DNA of 64,000 nt from an uncultured Candidatus Saccharibacteria bacterium (GCA_964474825.1 CAYYWQ010000001.1:677609-741608); one strand, 5' to 3'. Positions 46,483-55,815 are shown, counted from the stretch's first letter. Notes: generated by a model not told the origin, from the sequence alone. Numbers and translations are program-made.

Positions 46483-47814
46483 TTAATCAATTACAGTAAA
46501 TTTGCCTCGGTACATTCCCATTGAACAAGAAAAGGCAATCTCACCGGTTTTAGTGGGAGTAAACTCTATAATATTCTCGCCGGATTTTAGCGGCTGACTA
46601 ATGTTATAAGCCGGCATCATTATGTAACTGGCGCATGTAAATTGGCTAGTGGAATTAATTACCCAACGGACAAGTTTGCCTTTTTTTATTGTAAATTGAT
46701 TTGGGGAATAGCCTCGGCTACCCTGGGTCATGATAATTTCTTGATAATCACCTTTAGGCAAATTTGCAGTTTGGTTCGTGGCCGCAGACCCCGATGCAGA
46801 AACAAACACTACGCGGCTTGCATTGGAAATATTAAACACTCCTAGTAAAATTACAGCAAGTCCGGCGGTGGCAAAAAATAGCTTAGCCTTACTGCCTTTA
46901 AAAGCGGAAGACAGTCCCCCAACACTAAGCAAACCTGGCGCGGTCCCTACGGCAAACAAAGACATTATTAACGCGCCGGAAACGAAACTGCCCGTACTAA
47001 TTGCGTACAACTGCATAGCCTGCGTAAAGCCGCAGGGCAAAAAGAAAGTTAACATGCCGCCAATAAAAGCAGATTTATGGCTGTATTCTTTGTCGCTTTG
47101 TTTTATTCCCAAAAACCTGGAAACAAATTTTGGCATGGTTATATTTACTCTCTGCAAAATTGGAAAAATTTCTATAAGCTTTAGGCCAAGCAATATCATA
47201 ACCCCTCCTACAAAAAGAGTAACAATGGCCATAACTTTCGCGGAAGGTTGAAGCGCCCCGCCAACAAACCCTATAAGGCCACCTAACAGGGCAAACCCAA
47301 TAATTCTGCCTAAATTAAAAAACAAATGGGGACGAAATTTTTGCATTGCCGTAGCTTCAAGGTGAAGCTCTGCGTGCCTTGCTGATAAAGCTAAAACAAG
47401 TCCGCCAATTAAAGCCATACAAGAAGAAACACCGGCAACTAAACCTATAACCAAAGACATGGCAACGCTCTGTTGATTAAAGCCCCCTACAACACTATCC
47501 ACACCAAAAAATTGGGTCGCTATAAACAAAAAGAGTAAAATTGCTCCTGCATTTACCAAGAAAAAATAATCCCGTGGATTTCTGGAAAACCACTGCCTGC
47601 TGTCTTCCTGTCCAACCGTGTAACCTGCGTCTTCCACTGCTTTACTAATTTGACCAAGTGACGGTTTGGAGTCCTCATACCAAATTTTCGCCCTGCCTGA
47701 AACGTGACTAACATCGCATTTTTTTATTTCCTTAACGTTTTTTAAATTTTCCTCAATAGTCATTTCGCAAGACTTACAGTGCATGCCCTTTATGGGCACA
47801 ATAATTTTTTGCAT
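46483..47814 (-). CDS. HMA-domain membrane protein: N-terminal metal-binding domain (MHCKSC), a polytopic permease-like domain, and a C-terminal cupredoxin-like domain
   Basis: [15 protein letters not shown] (HMA). About 8 hydrophobic helices including a conserved FLPCGF segment. C-terminal [14 protein letters not shown] resembles a C-x-M-x-M copper site. Confidence 0.55.
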   Translation of the reverse strand: MQKIIVPIKGMHCKSCEMTIEENLKNVKEIKKCDVSHVSGRAKIWYEDSKPSLGQISKAVEDAGYTVGQEDSRQWFSRNPRDYFFLVNAGAILLFLFIATQFFGVDSVVGGFNQQSVAMSLVIGLVAGVSSCMALIGGLVLALSARHAELHLEATAMQKFRPHLFFNLGRIIGFALLGGLIGFVGGALQPSAKVMAIVTLFVGGVMILLGLKLIEIFPILQRVNITMPKFVSRFLGIKQSDKEYSHKSAFIGGMLTFFLPCGFTQAMQLYAISTGSFVSGALIMSLFAVGTAPGLLSVGGLSSAFKGSKAKLFFATAGLAVILLGVFNISNASRVVFVSASGSAATNQTANLPKGDYQEIIMTQGSRGYSPNQFTIKKGKLVRWVINSTSQFTCASYIMMPAYNISQPLKSGENIIEFTPTKTGEIAFSCSMGMYRGKFTVID

Positions 47815-47820
47815 GGATGT

Positions 47821-48087
47821 TTATTTATTATATAAACTGTAAATTTTTAGAAGCTCGGCTGTGGCCTTGTCAGTCTGGCCATGCTGGAATTGGTGCGACA
47901 CATGCTCTTCCAAATGGTTTTTTAACAACTCCTGGTCAAAGCTTTCCAGGGATTTTTGCACCGCGCGGGACTGGGTAATTATGTCCACGCAATACTTATT
48001 TCCGTCTAACATTTTCTGCAAGCCCTTAATTTGCCCCTCTATTCTGCGCAGGCGATTGTTTAACTTACTCTGATATTTAGTTTGCAT
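47821..48087 (-). CDS. csoR: CsoR/RcnR-family metal-sensing transcriptional repressor (copper-sensing CsoR by context). I trimmed the start to the Met of MQTKYQSK...
   Basis: LNNRLRRIEGQIKGLQKMLDGNKYCVDIITQSRAVQKSLESF carries the conserved R-x2-G-Q-x3-M, the Cys (YC) and His ligands (HLEEHVSH). Confidence 0.8.
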   Translation of the reverse strand: MQTKYQSKLNNRLRRIEGQIKGLQKMLDGNKYCVDIITQSRAVQKSLESFDQELLKNHLEEHVSHQFQHGQTDKATAELLKIYSLYNK

Positions 48088-48120
48088 TGTTATAATTATT
48101 ATGATTGATATTTTCACTAT

Positions 48121-48137
48121 ATACCCCCTGGGGGTAT
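48121..48137. promoter_or_regulatory. Candidate CsoR operator: perfect GC-tract palindrome ATACCCCCTGGGGGTAT about 34 nt upstream of the csoR start
   Basis: CsoR-family operators are pseudo-palindromes built on C/G tracts (for example TACCC-N-GGGTA types). This 17-bp perfect palindrome sits in an otherwise AT-rich promoter with a TATAAT-like box nearby. Confidence 0.55.
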
Positions 48138-48184
48138 GTGTCAAGTCCAAATAAAAAACACTCCAATTTGGAGTGTTTTTTATT

Positions 48185-48260
48185 TGGGGCGGCTAACGGG
48201 AATTGAACCCGTGTTCCCGCTGCCACAGAGCGGTGTAATAACCACTATACCATAGCCGCC
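48185..48260 (-). tRNA. tRNA-His (anticodon GUG) with an encoded G-1
   Basis: Reverse complement G-GCGGCTATGGTATAGTGGTTATTACACCGCTCTGTGGCAGCGGGAACACGGGTTCAATTCCCGTTAGCCGC-C-CCA. Anticodon loop CTGTGGC. An extra 5' G pairs with C73, as is typical of bacterial tRNA-His. Confidence 0.9.
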
Positions 48261-48288
48261 ATATTGGGATTATTTTATTGTATTACCA

Positions 48289-48819
48289 TTATAATATTTC
48301 CTTTTCTAATCTTCTTTCCAATTCTTCCGCGCTTATAGGTTTAAGGAGGTGTTTTAATTCCGGGTCTTTAGAAAGATCAACACCATTTTTTTCCAGTATA
48401 ATTGCTGTCATTTTCATAATTTTGGTAACTTCTTTTTCAGCAATTAAATTGACCTGTAAATGAATTTCTTCCCGTAAATCGTCTACCTTCATGGAGCGGT
48501 TCTGTGAAATAAGTACTATTATGGCCAGGAAAATAGCTTCTAAAGACACAAAAGTTGTTAGCAGACTAAAAGGGAAAGGGTCAAACACCGGAAGAAAAGA
48601 AATTTGGCCGGTATTTGTCAAAATCCAAAGCAGGAATATTACCGCATTAAGAGCCAAGAAAGCCATACTTCCAAAACCGGAAGTCATTTTGTCGGCCAAA
48701 CGTTCTATAAACGTCCGTCTAGCGTCTGCCTTAGCTTTAATAGTTTTAATTACCACTCTTCTTTGGCCTTCATTTTCAGGAGCATTAACGTTAGTAGAAG
48801 AGGGCGGATTGCTTGGCAT
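48289..48819 (-). CDS. DUF1003-family membrane protein
   Basis: Two central TM helices with FGSMAFLALNAVIFLLWILTN and ISQNR, matching the DUF1003 core. C-terminal coiled coil. Confidence 0.55.
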   Translation of the reverse strand: MPSNPPSSTNVNAPENEGQRRVVIKTIKAKADARRTFIERLADKMTSGFGSMAFLALNAVIFLLWILTNTGQISFLPVFDPFPFSLLTTFVSLEAIFLAIIVLISQNRSMKVDDLREEIHLQVNLIAEKEVTKIMKMTAIILEKNGVDLSKDPELKHLLKPISAEELERRLEKEIL

Positions 48820-49016
48820 AAACTAATGGTTAAAATAAAAACCCTTGCACAGAATTTGTGAAGAGCTTGCAAATATACCTGCTGTGCCAGGTAAGAACAT
48901 TATATCAATTTATTGGGTTTTAGTCAATTAAAAAGGGTTAAAAGGTCCTGAGGACAGCGGCCTGGATATATTTTGCTCGCCTAGATGATAAAACGATAAG
49001 ATGGTAAAATGTAAAT

Positions 49017-49787
49017 ATGAGTACCCCTATTATTTGTTTTGGCCAGCAGCCCAATGGGTTTTTCCCCAAAAATTTTGTTGTGTCTAAAATTAACACCGCG
49101 CGCAAGCTGCAAAAAGAAGTTGGGGGGAAGATTGTGTGGTTTTACCACGACAGCGATGCGGACTATAGAGAGACTATAACTATCCTCCACGATAAAAAAT
49201 CTGGCAACGAAGTTCGCTTAAATTTTTTGCAAGAAAATAAAATCCAAAAAAAGTTTTCGCCCCTTTACGCCAAAAGAATCCCAAACGGCTGGAAAGAAGA
49301 AATTTTAAAACAACTTCCCCGGTTTGTTAATCCACCAACGATTGAAATCTTCCGATCAATAGAAAAAAGTAATGTCGCGGATTTCTGTCTGGAAATGTAC
49401 GAAAAACTGGGACTTTTAGAAGGCATTGAAGTAATGCGTTCTTCTGACAAAAATTTTAGGGAAGCCGCGCCGGACCTTTTACAAGACTACTTTGCTGATG
49501 TAAAATACCAAGGCGAGATTGTCAGGGCGCAAATGATTGAAGGTCAGCTTAAACTTCACGAAGGTGGCGGCAAATACATTACATTAGATAATCAAACACT
49601 ACAAAAATCCCAAAAAACCCCAGGTCGTGACCATCGTCTTTCCTGGATGCAAGCAGTTATAAACTGCACCCACTACATTCACGGCGAGGGTGAAAAAGAT
49701 TATTTAAATTTTGAGCAACACCCGGAAATTAAATACATTCAGCGCGACCCAATTGAAAATTCTGATTCTGCTTGGCTTCCTTCTTAA
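49017..49787 (+). CDS. Short BshC-like protein (candidate minimal bacillithiol-type cysteine-adding enzyme; resembles only the N-terminal domain of BshC)
   Basis: PIICFGQQPNGFFPKNFVVSKI parallels the BshC N-terminal signature ...IGGQQAG(L/F)...P...KI recalled from Bacillus BshC. At 256 aa it is about half of BshC. It is followed, with small intergenic gaps, by the bshB-like and bshA-like genes. Confidence 0.35.
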   Translation: MSTPIICFGQQPNGFFPKNFVVSKINTARKLQKEVGGKIVWFYHDSDADYRETITILHDKKSGNEVRLNFLQENKIQKKFSPLYAKRIPNGWKEEILKQLPRFVNPPTIEIFRSIEKSNVADFCLEMYEKLGLLEGIEVMRSSDKNFREAAPDLLQDYFADVKYQGEIVRAQMIEGQLKLHEGGGKYITLDNQTLQKSQKTPGRDHRLSWMQAVINCTHYIHGEGEKDYLNFEQHPEIKYIQRDPIENSDSAWLPS

Positions 49788-49814
49788 ATCTTTCAATTAT
49801 TAAATCTTTCAATT

Positions 49815-50507
49815 ATGAAATTACTAGCTATTGGTGCCCACCCCGACGACATTGAATTTGGTTGCGGCGGGTTAATAATTAAAGAGGTGGAAAAAGGTAG
49901 TCAGGTGAAATATCTTACCTGCTCTTTAGGTGAGGCCGGCAGTAATGGTACGGCGGACGGACGGAAGGCCGAAGCCGAAGCAGCTGCCAAATTAGTTGGC
50001 GCGGAAATTGAATTTTTGGATTTTGGCGGCGATTGCCACTTTGAATACAAACCACAAAACGCTATCGCTTTGGCCAAAATAATAAGGCAATTCAAACCGA
50101 ATGTGGTTTTAACCCAGCAGCTAAAGGAAAACCAGCATCCTGACCATGCGGTTATTGCCAAACTTACCCGCGACGCGTGCCGTATGGCTCGTTACGGAGG
50201 CCTTACAGAACTAAAAGAATTACCAGTACATAAAATAGACGGACTCTATTATTTCCCAAGCTCCGTAGATTTTGACGGCCAACCGGATATTTTAATAGAC
50301 GTAAGCGACTATTTTGAAAAATGGCAGGAAGCTATGAATTGCCACAAAAGCCAAATGAAAACTACTGACTATTTGGAATTAATAAACAGCAAAGCCGCTG
50401 CCTTAGGCAGGTCTATTGGCATAAAATACGCTGTTGCACTCTGGGCCAACGAACCAATGCGCTTAGACAGTTTAGCTGATATAACCCTGTCTTCCCGCAA
50501 TTACTAA
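49815..50507 (+). CDS. bshB: PIG-L/LmbE-family N-acetylglucosaminyl deacetylase (BshB-like)
   Basis: LAIGAHPDDIEFGCGG (AHPDDE zinc-site motif) and downstream HPDH. Confidence 0.75.
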   Translation: MKLLAIGAHPDDIEFGCGGLIIKEVEKGSQVKYLTCSLGEAGSNGTADGRKAEAEAAAKLVGAEIEFLDFGGDCHFEYKPQNAIALAKIIRQFKPNVVLTQQLKENQHPDHAVIAKLTRDACRMARYGGLTELKELPVHKIDGLYYFPSSVDFDGQPDILIDVSDYFEKWQEAMNCHKSQMKTTDYLELINSKAAALGRSIGIKYAVALWANEPMRLDSLADITLSSRNY

Positions 50508-51658
50508 TGAAAACTTCCTACAAGCTAAAGATCGGAATAGTCTGTTATCCTTCCATTGGCGGCAGCGGCGTTGTTGCCACGAATTTAGGTTTGGAATTGG
50601 CAAAGCTTGGCCACCAGGTGCATTTTATTTCCTACGAAAAACCTTTTAGGCTAAACGGAAGCCACCATAAGAATGTTTATTTCCATAAAGTAAATATAAA
50701 TAAATATCCCGTTTTTAAGTATCCTGACTATTCCTTGCCCTTAGCCGTTACTATTGGTAATGTGCATGAAAAATACGAACTGGATATTGTCCATGTACAT
50801 TACGCGGTACCCCATGCCACCGCAGCACTTTTAGCCAATGGCATGATACGGCAATGTAGCCACTGCACTCCCCCAAAAATTATTACTACTTTGCACGGCA
50901 CCGACATTACGCTTTTAGCGCAGGACCCAAACCTCTACGAGGTTATAAAATTTTCCATAGAAAGATCTGACGGCGTAACCGCAGTTTCAGACAGCTTAAA
51001 AAATGAAACACACAAAGTTTTAAAAACTAAAAAACCTATAGAGACAATTTACAATTTTTATAACCCCGTGCCCGCGACTAAATCCCGCGAGTCCATTCGC
51101 AGAGCTTTAAAAATTAAGACTGATAATATCCTGGCAATACATCTTTCAAACTTAAGGCCCGTAAAAAGAATCCCTGACTTGCTAAAAATTGCCTCCTTAA
51201 TTCAAAATTCTAAATTCAAACTTCTAATTCTGGCCGGAGAAAAATTTGATCCCTATTTAACATTAGTAAAAAAGCTTGGCGTTCAAAATAAGCTCATTGT
51301 TAAAGAAAATGTTCAGGACATAGAAAACTATTTAAGCGCCGCAGACCTGGGACTCTATACTTCTGAAACCGAAAGCTTTGGTATGGGCATGCTTGAAACT
51401 ATGGCCTATGGAAACCCAGTATTAGCCACAAAAACCGGCGGGATTCCTGAAGTTTTAATTAACGGTGAAAATGGCTACCTGTTAAAACTTGGGGACACCA
51501 AAGGCTTTGCAAGCAAAATTAAGGATTTAATAAACAACCCCTATCTTCTAAAAAAGCTAGGAGCGCAAGCCAAACTCCGCGCCGCTGAACATTTTTCCTC
51601 CCAAAAAATAGTTAAAGACTACTTAGAATATTACTTTAAAATATTAGAAAAAAAATAA
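50507..51658 (+). CDS. bshA: GT4 glycosyltransferase, N-acetyl-alpha-D-glucosaminyl L-malate synthase-like (BshA-like)
   Basis: The N-terminus KIGIVCYPSIGGSGVVATNLGLELAKLGHQVHFIS closely matches the BshA/MshA-type GT4 start. C-terminal E-x7-E region (ETESFGMGMLETMAYGNPVLATKTGGIPEV). Confidence 0.75.
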   Translation: MKTSYKLKIGIVCYPSIGGSGVVATNLGLELAKLGHQVHFISYEKPFRLNGSHHKNVYFHKVNINKYPVFKYPDYSLPLAVTIGNVHEKYELDIVHVHYAVPHATAALLANGMIRQCSHCTPPKIITTLHGTDITLLAQDPNLYEVIKFSIERSDGVTAVSDSLKNETHKVLKTKKPIETIYNFYNPVPATKSRESIRRALKIKTDNILAIHLSNLRPVKRIPDLLKIASLIQNSKFKLLILAGEKFDPYLTLVKKLGVQNKLIVKENVQDIENYLSAADLGLYTSETESFGMGMLETMAYGNPVLATKTGGIPEVLINGENGYLLKLGDTKGFASKIKDLINNPYLLKKLGAQAKLRAAEHFSSQKIVKDYLEYYFKILEKK

Positions 51659-51694
51659 AAAAATCACCGCGTGAGGCGGTGATTTTTTTATTTT
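51655..51694. terminator. Bidirectional Rho-independent terminator
   Basis: AAAAAAATCACCGC-GTGA-GGCGGTGATTTTTTTATTTT. Confidence 0.8.
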
Positions 51695-52311
51695 GCCCAT
51701 TCTTGCAATCTTCCGGCTTTAATTTCAATTTTGTCCGCCTTTCTTAAATTCTTGATTTGCCTTATCGACAAAATTTTATAATGTTTTGTGGCGTCTAGTT
51801 TCTCGGGCAAAGTTACTAAATCTTTTTCCGTGGTTCTCCAAGAGAGATTATTTATTTTATTTAAATTAAACGGCCCGGAATATTCCCTTAAAGTTTTTTT
51901 GCCGTTGTCTAAAAAATATTCGTGAAAATAACTAAGCGCTAATTCGCGGATAGTTTTATAAATAGGTTCGCGATAACGCAGGACTACGTGGTTAGTTTTG
52001 CTAATGGCGCCCCAGCTGCCAAACTGCCGAAACAAACAAACTACATGATCAAGGTCGTTTGATGTAGAGCGAAGATCTAAAAGAAGTGGCTTTTGCCCGT
52101 GAAATTCCAAAATTGCAGCAGCTAGTGCCGCGCCATCCATACAATGGGCTTTGCCAAATTTTAAGACTTCCCGGGGGCTCCTGCACTCTACCCCGTCCTT
52201 GGCCGGGTTATGCTTTATTTTAAAAGTTAAAAAATCCTGGATTTTTTTAGGAGAATCCAGTTTTTTAAAAATTGCTATTTCTTTTTTATTGTATGGTTGG
52301 AGGCGCGACAT
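51688..52311 (-). CDS. Hypothetical cytoplasmic protein with a possible transglutaminase/papain-like Cys-His core
   Basis: GKAHCMDGAALAAAILEF (Cys in a G-x-C context followed by a hydrophobic helix) and downstream His/Asp residues. Weak, motif-level only. Overlaps the upstream gene by 26 nt. Confidence 0.35.
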   Translation of the reverse strand: MSRLQPYNKKEIAIFKKLDSPKKIQDFLTFKIKHNPAKDGVECRSPREVLKFGKAHCMDGAALAAAILEFHGQKPLLLDLRSTSNDLDHVVCLFRQFGSWGAISKTNHVVLRYREPIYKTIRELALSYFHEYFLDNGKKTLREYSGPFNLNKINNLSWRTTEKDLVTLPEKLDATKHYKILSIRQIKNLRKADKIEIKAGRLQEWAK

Positions 52312-52927
52312 TACTTTGTTTAAAGAAAAATCTGCATTCCACTAAAGCACAAAGAGCGTAATACAAAACACCCCACGCAACAATAGTTTGCGGCACGCGT
52401 TCAAACATACCCCCTCCCCCGGGAAATACTCCAGTAGGAAACGGAAACCATTTTAGCAAAAGGCCTTGAAACAAAACAACTAAAACAATAGCCCCTAAAA
52501 AGCATAAGAAGAAAGACGCAAGCCTACCCTGTTCAGTTTGGGACAAAGCCTGTCTGCCAAAAAATTTGGAGAGAACGCTAACCGCAAACATTCCGGTTAA
52601 AGTCCAATTATTAAAATGTACGGCGTAAGTTATGGCAAAAAGAAAATAAAATGCTATAAGCAAAGCTTCTGTGCCATAAAAACTAAAGGTTTTACCAAAA
52701 ATAGATACTGTAAACTGTTTAAAGGCTTTTAAATTTTCCGGTCTGGTATTTTGCAACCCGCCAAACATGCCGCTGGCATGAAGACTTAAAAATTCAAAAA
52801 CAAAAAAAAGAACACTTAAACTGGTAATAAATTGGGCGTTTGCAACAGGATTTAACAAAGCAGCCCAAAACAACCATACAAGTACAATATTACCTGTTAA
52901 AGCCAAGACAAAATTAAAGCTTTTCAT
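52286..52927 (-). CDS. Polytopic membrane protein, hypothetical
   Basis: 213 aa with about 6 TM segments and no motifs. Sits between the pilin gene and the Cys-His protein gene. Confidence 0.45.
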   Translation of the reverse strand: MKSFNFVLALTGNIVLVWLFWAALLNPVANAQFITSLSVLFFVFEFLSLHASGMFGGLQNTRPENLKAFKQFTVSIFGKTFSFYGTEALLIAFYFLFAITYAVHFNNWTLTGMFAVSVLSKFFGRQALSQTEQGRLASFFLCFLGAIVLVVLFQGLLLKWFPFPTGVFPGGGGMFERVPQTIVAWGVLYYALCALVECRFFFKQSNVAPPTIQ

Positions 52928-52951
52928 AAACCATTTTAAGAAATTTAACGA

Positions 52952-53554
52952 CTACCTAGCATCAAAACGTATAGCTGCTTCCCCCAAGCCCGTACCCTGG
53001 TTAGACCAGCCATTGCCATTACCGCGCATGTCTCCGGTAGCAAGGTTGCCATCGTCTATTGCTTTATCTATATTTATTAGTTCTGCCACAGGAACAAGTC
53101 CGGAATTATTAGCGGCTACTGTACCAGCTTTGTCGTCGTCCAAAAAAATAAAATAATCAGGTTTGCCGTCCCCGCTGCCGTCCGCAGTTCCGTCGTCTCC
53201 CCCAAATTCATAACCCACATGGCCGCCCCAGGGATGATTTTTTTCCCACTGGGAAATATAAGGACCTGCCCATTTTGGAACTCCTAAACTATTAAGAAAT
53301 GGGTCATTTAATGCATTGCAGGTAAAAGTAATATCAGATTCAACCATACAGTCATTAGGAGGGTACTGGCCGGTGTCTGAAACGTATAATTCCAACCTCT
53401 GCCTTAAATCGTTAACTAAAATTTCTGTCTTTGCGGTTTTACTTCTGTCCCTTGCTTTAGTAAGAGACACCAACACAACCGAAGCCATTAACCCAATAAT
53501 TGCAATTACCACGAGCAATTCCAGTATGGTAAAACCTTTTTGTGTTCGAGACAT
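52952..53554 (-). CDS. Type IV pilin / pseudopilin (prepilin-type N-terminal cleavage/methylation domain)
   Basis: MSRTQKGFTILELLVVIAIIGLMASVVLVSL: a class III signal with G-F-T-L-x-E and a hydrophobic N-terminal helix. Confidence 0.85.
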   Translation of the reverse strand: MSRTQKGFTILELLVVIAIIGLMASVVLVSLTKARDRSKTAKTEILVNDLRQRLELYVSDTGQYPPNDCMVESDITFTCNALNDPFLNSLGVPKWAGPYISQWEKNHPWGGHVGYEFGGDDGTADGSGDGKPDYFIFLDDDKAGTVAANNSGLVPVAELINIDKAIDDGNLATGDMRGNGNGWSNQGTGLGEAAIRFDAR

Positions 53555-53564
53555 CTAAAAAAAT

Positions 53565-54470
53565 TTATTTTTTTTCGGTTTTATGCCCGCCAAACTGTTT
53601 TCGCAGCAAGGCCACAATTTTGTTGGAAAATTTTTGTTGGTTCTCCGGCTGCGCGGATTCCTGGCGTACTTTAAGCGCGTCTTCAATAATCCTAACGTCC
53701 ACCCCCAACTCTTTAGCAGTCTTAACTGTCCACTCGCCTTCACCGGTTGCTTCTATCAATCCTGAAGTTTCTTCCACATTTTCATTTTCAAAAATATTCT
53801 TGGTCAAATCAATCAACCAACTTTTAACTACCGACCCTTCCTGATAAATCTTTGTAACCTGGTTTAAATCTAAATTAAAATCACTGGCCTTTAAAACTCC
53901 ATAACCTTCGGCAATAGCTTCCATCATTCCGTATTCAATGCCGTTATGCACCATTTTAACAAAATGCCCGGCGCCGTTACTGCCAACCAATCCGTAATTC
54001 TGTCCTGATGATAAAACTTTAAGGACCGGCTCTATAACTGGCCACTGCTCCTTTGGTCCCCCGACCATTAACGCAAAACCATTTTTATAACCCCAAACCC
54101 CGCCGCTGGTGCCGCAATCGTAAAAAATTATCCCTTTGCTTTTTAATTCTTCCGCTCTCCTAATGCTGTCTTTATAAAAACTATTACCGCCGTCTATAAC
54201 AATGTCACCGGGCTTAAGATGTGGCCCCAACTGGTCTTTTAAGAACTCGTCTACAATTTTATGCGGCAACATTAACCAAAACACACGCTGAACGTCTGTA
54301 ATATTTTTTACAAGCTCGCTTACATCAGCAAAAGTTTTTACGCCAAATTTTTCAGCCTCTTCCCTATGCTCAGCCGACCGATTCCAGCCTAAAACTTCAA
54401 AACCATTTTCTTGAAGTTTCCTGGCAATCTGACCACCCATTCTTCCTAAACCAAAAATTGAAATTTGCAT
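53565..54470 (-). CDS. gnd: 6-phosphogluconate dehydrogenase, short (about 300 aa) NAD-binding decarboxylating form
   Basis: MQISIFGLGRMGGQIARKL (Rossmann GxGxxG), the GGNSFYKD substrate-binding segment, and the HNGIEYGMM catalytic region. Confidence 0.8.
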   Translation of the reverse strand: MQISIFGLGRMGGQIARKLQENGFEVLGWNRSAEHREEAEKFGVKTFADVSELVKNITDVQRVFWLMLPHKIVDEFLKDQLGPHLKPGDIVIDGGNSFYKDSIRRAEELKSKGIIFYDCGTSGGVWGYKNGFALMVGGPKEQWPVIEPVLKVLSSGQNYGLVGSNGAGHFVKMVHNGIEYGMMEAIAEGYGVLKASDFNLDLNQVTKIYQEGSVVKSWLIDLTKNIFENENVEETSGLIEATGEGEWTVKTAKELGVDVRIIEDALKVRQESAQPENQQKFSNKIVALLRKQFGGHKTEKK

Positions 54471-54474
54471 AAAT

Positions 54475-54792
54475 TTATTGTAGCAAATAACGGTATTTTT
54501 TCATATCTATTTTAAAATCGGGGCTAACCTTTACTCCTTCTTTCTTTAACAACACCATTTGTAGTTCCTTATTCGCCGTCCAATTGCCTTTAATCGATAT
54601 TACTCCCTGATTATTTATTACCCGCCACCAAGGGATACCATCATCCGCTGATAATGAACGAAGTACTCCTCCAACCTGCCTTGCCGCCCTCGGGCTGCCA
54701 GAGGCCGCGGCAACCTGACCATAACTAACAACTCTCCCCTTAGGGACGCGCGAAATAATTTCCAAAACTTTTTTCCTGAAATCTTTTGCCAT
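54475..54792 (-). CDS. Alkyltransferase-like (ATL) protein: MGMT-fold DNA-binding domain lacking the acceptor cysteine
   Basis: IPKGRVVSYGQVAAASGSPRAARQVGGVL is the Ogt/MGMT HTH. The active-site P-C-H-R-V is replaced by IPWWRVIN (Trp for Cys), as in ATL proteins. Confidence 0.7.
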   Translation of the reverse strand: MAKDFRKKVLEIISRVPKGRVVSYGQVAAASGSPRAARQVGGVLRSLSADDGIPWWRVINNQGVISIKGNWTANKELQMVLLKKEGVKVSPDFKIDMKKYRYLLQ

Positions 54793-54793
54793 T

Positions 54794-55405
54794 TTATTCC
54801 ATATCTACACTTGCCCATAGCAGTCTGCTGGCGAGAGTTTTATGCGGGTGCCAAGAGTCCAATAATTTTTGTAGTTTTTTGCTATGTTTCTTAGTGTCTA
54901 TATTATATAGCTTCTTTAAACCATTACGCAGGCCTAAGTCTCCCATACTAAACACATTTGGCCTGCCAAGACTAAACATTAAAAACATTTCCGCGGTCCA
55001 GCGGCCAATACCTTTAATTTGGATAAGTTGATTAATTATTATTTCGTCCTGAAGTTTAGAAAGCTTCCTAAAATCCAAACTTTTATTTGTAGCTGCTTCA
55101 GCCAAATTTTTTATATAAGATATTTTTTGGAAGGAAAGCCCACAAGAACGAAGTCTGGAATCTGATATTTTTAGCACATCATCGGCCTTAGGAAATTTGT
55201 TACCAAAAAGCCCGCGGAACCTTTTTTCAATTGTGGCGGCAGCCTTGCCGGAAAGCTGTTGGTTAATTATTGCCACGACCAAAGACTGGAAATGGTTGCG
55301 ACGGGGCAACAATGCTTTAATATTGGCGCGTTTAATTATCCCAGCCAAAACCGGATCAGCTTTTCCCAGATGTTTCAGTGCCCGCTGATGAATATTTATA
55401 GCCAT
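54794..55405 (-). CDS. alkA: DNA-3-methyladenine glycosylase II (AlkA-type, HhH-GPD superfamily)
   Basis: IKGIGRWTAEMFLMFSLGRPNVFSMGDLGLRNG shows the HhH, Gly/Pro-rich loop and catalytic Asp. Confidence 0.8.
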   Translation of the reverse strand: MAINIHQRALKHLGKADPVLAGIIKRANIKALLPRRNHFQSLVVAIINQQLSGKAAATIEKRFRGLFGNKFPKADDVLKISDSRLRSCGLSFQKISYIKNLAEAATNKSLDFRKLSKLQDEIIINQLIQIKGIGRWTAEMFLMFSLGRPNVFSMGDLGLRNGLKKLYNIDTKKHSKKLQKLLDSWHPHKTLASRLLWASVDME

Positions 55406-55452
55406 TTAAGATAAAAAAACGGCCGCCCAAAGCGACCGAAAATATTTAAATA

Positions 55453-55815
55453 TTAAAATAAATTAAATTCAGAGTTTTTATTAAGCCCATAATATGTACC
55501 AAGGTCCTCGCCTTTAAACTGATGGACTATACCTAAACTTTCCAGCTGCGCTAAATATTCGGAAGTACTCGATTCGTCCGCCATTAAAAAAGAGGTTAGC
55601 TCTTCCATTTTGGCCCCTTCGGGTTTTTGTACCAAAAAATTATAGAGCTGTTCCATTTTTTCCGCGCTCTCGCGGCTGGCTTTAGACTGGGACTCAGTCG
55701 CTGCGCCGGCAGCCTTGGCCTGCTTTTTCCAAACATACAAAACCAGCCCAATACCGAGCAGCACCCAACAACCTACCAAAGCAATTTTTACTATATCAAT
55801 ACTGGACATTTTCAA
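55453..55815 (-). CDS. Small membrane-anchored hypothetical protein
   Basis: One N-terminal TM segment (IVKIALVGCWVLLGIGLVLYVW) and an acidic C-terminus. Confidence 0.4.
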   Translation of the reverse strand: MKMSSIDIVKIALVGCWVLLGIGLVLYVWKKQAKAAGAATESQSKASRESAEKMEQLYNFLVQKPEGAKMEELTSFLMADESSTSEYLAQLESLGIVHQFKGEDLGTYYGLNKNSEFNLF

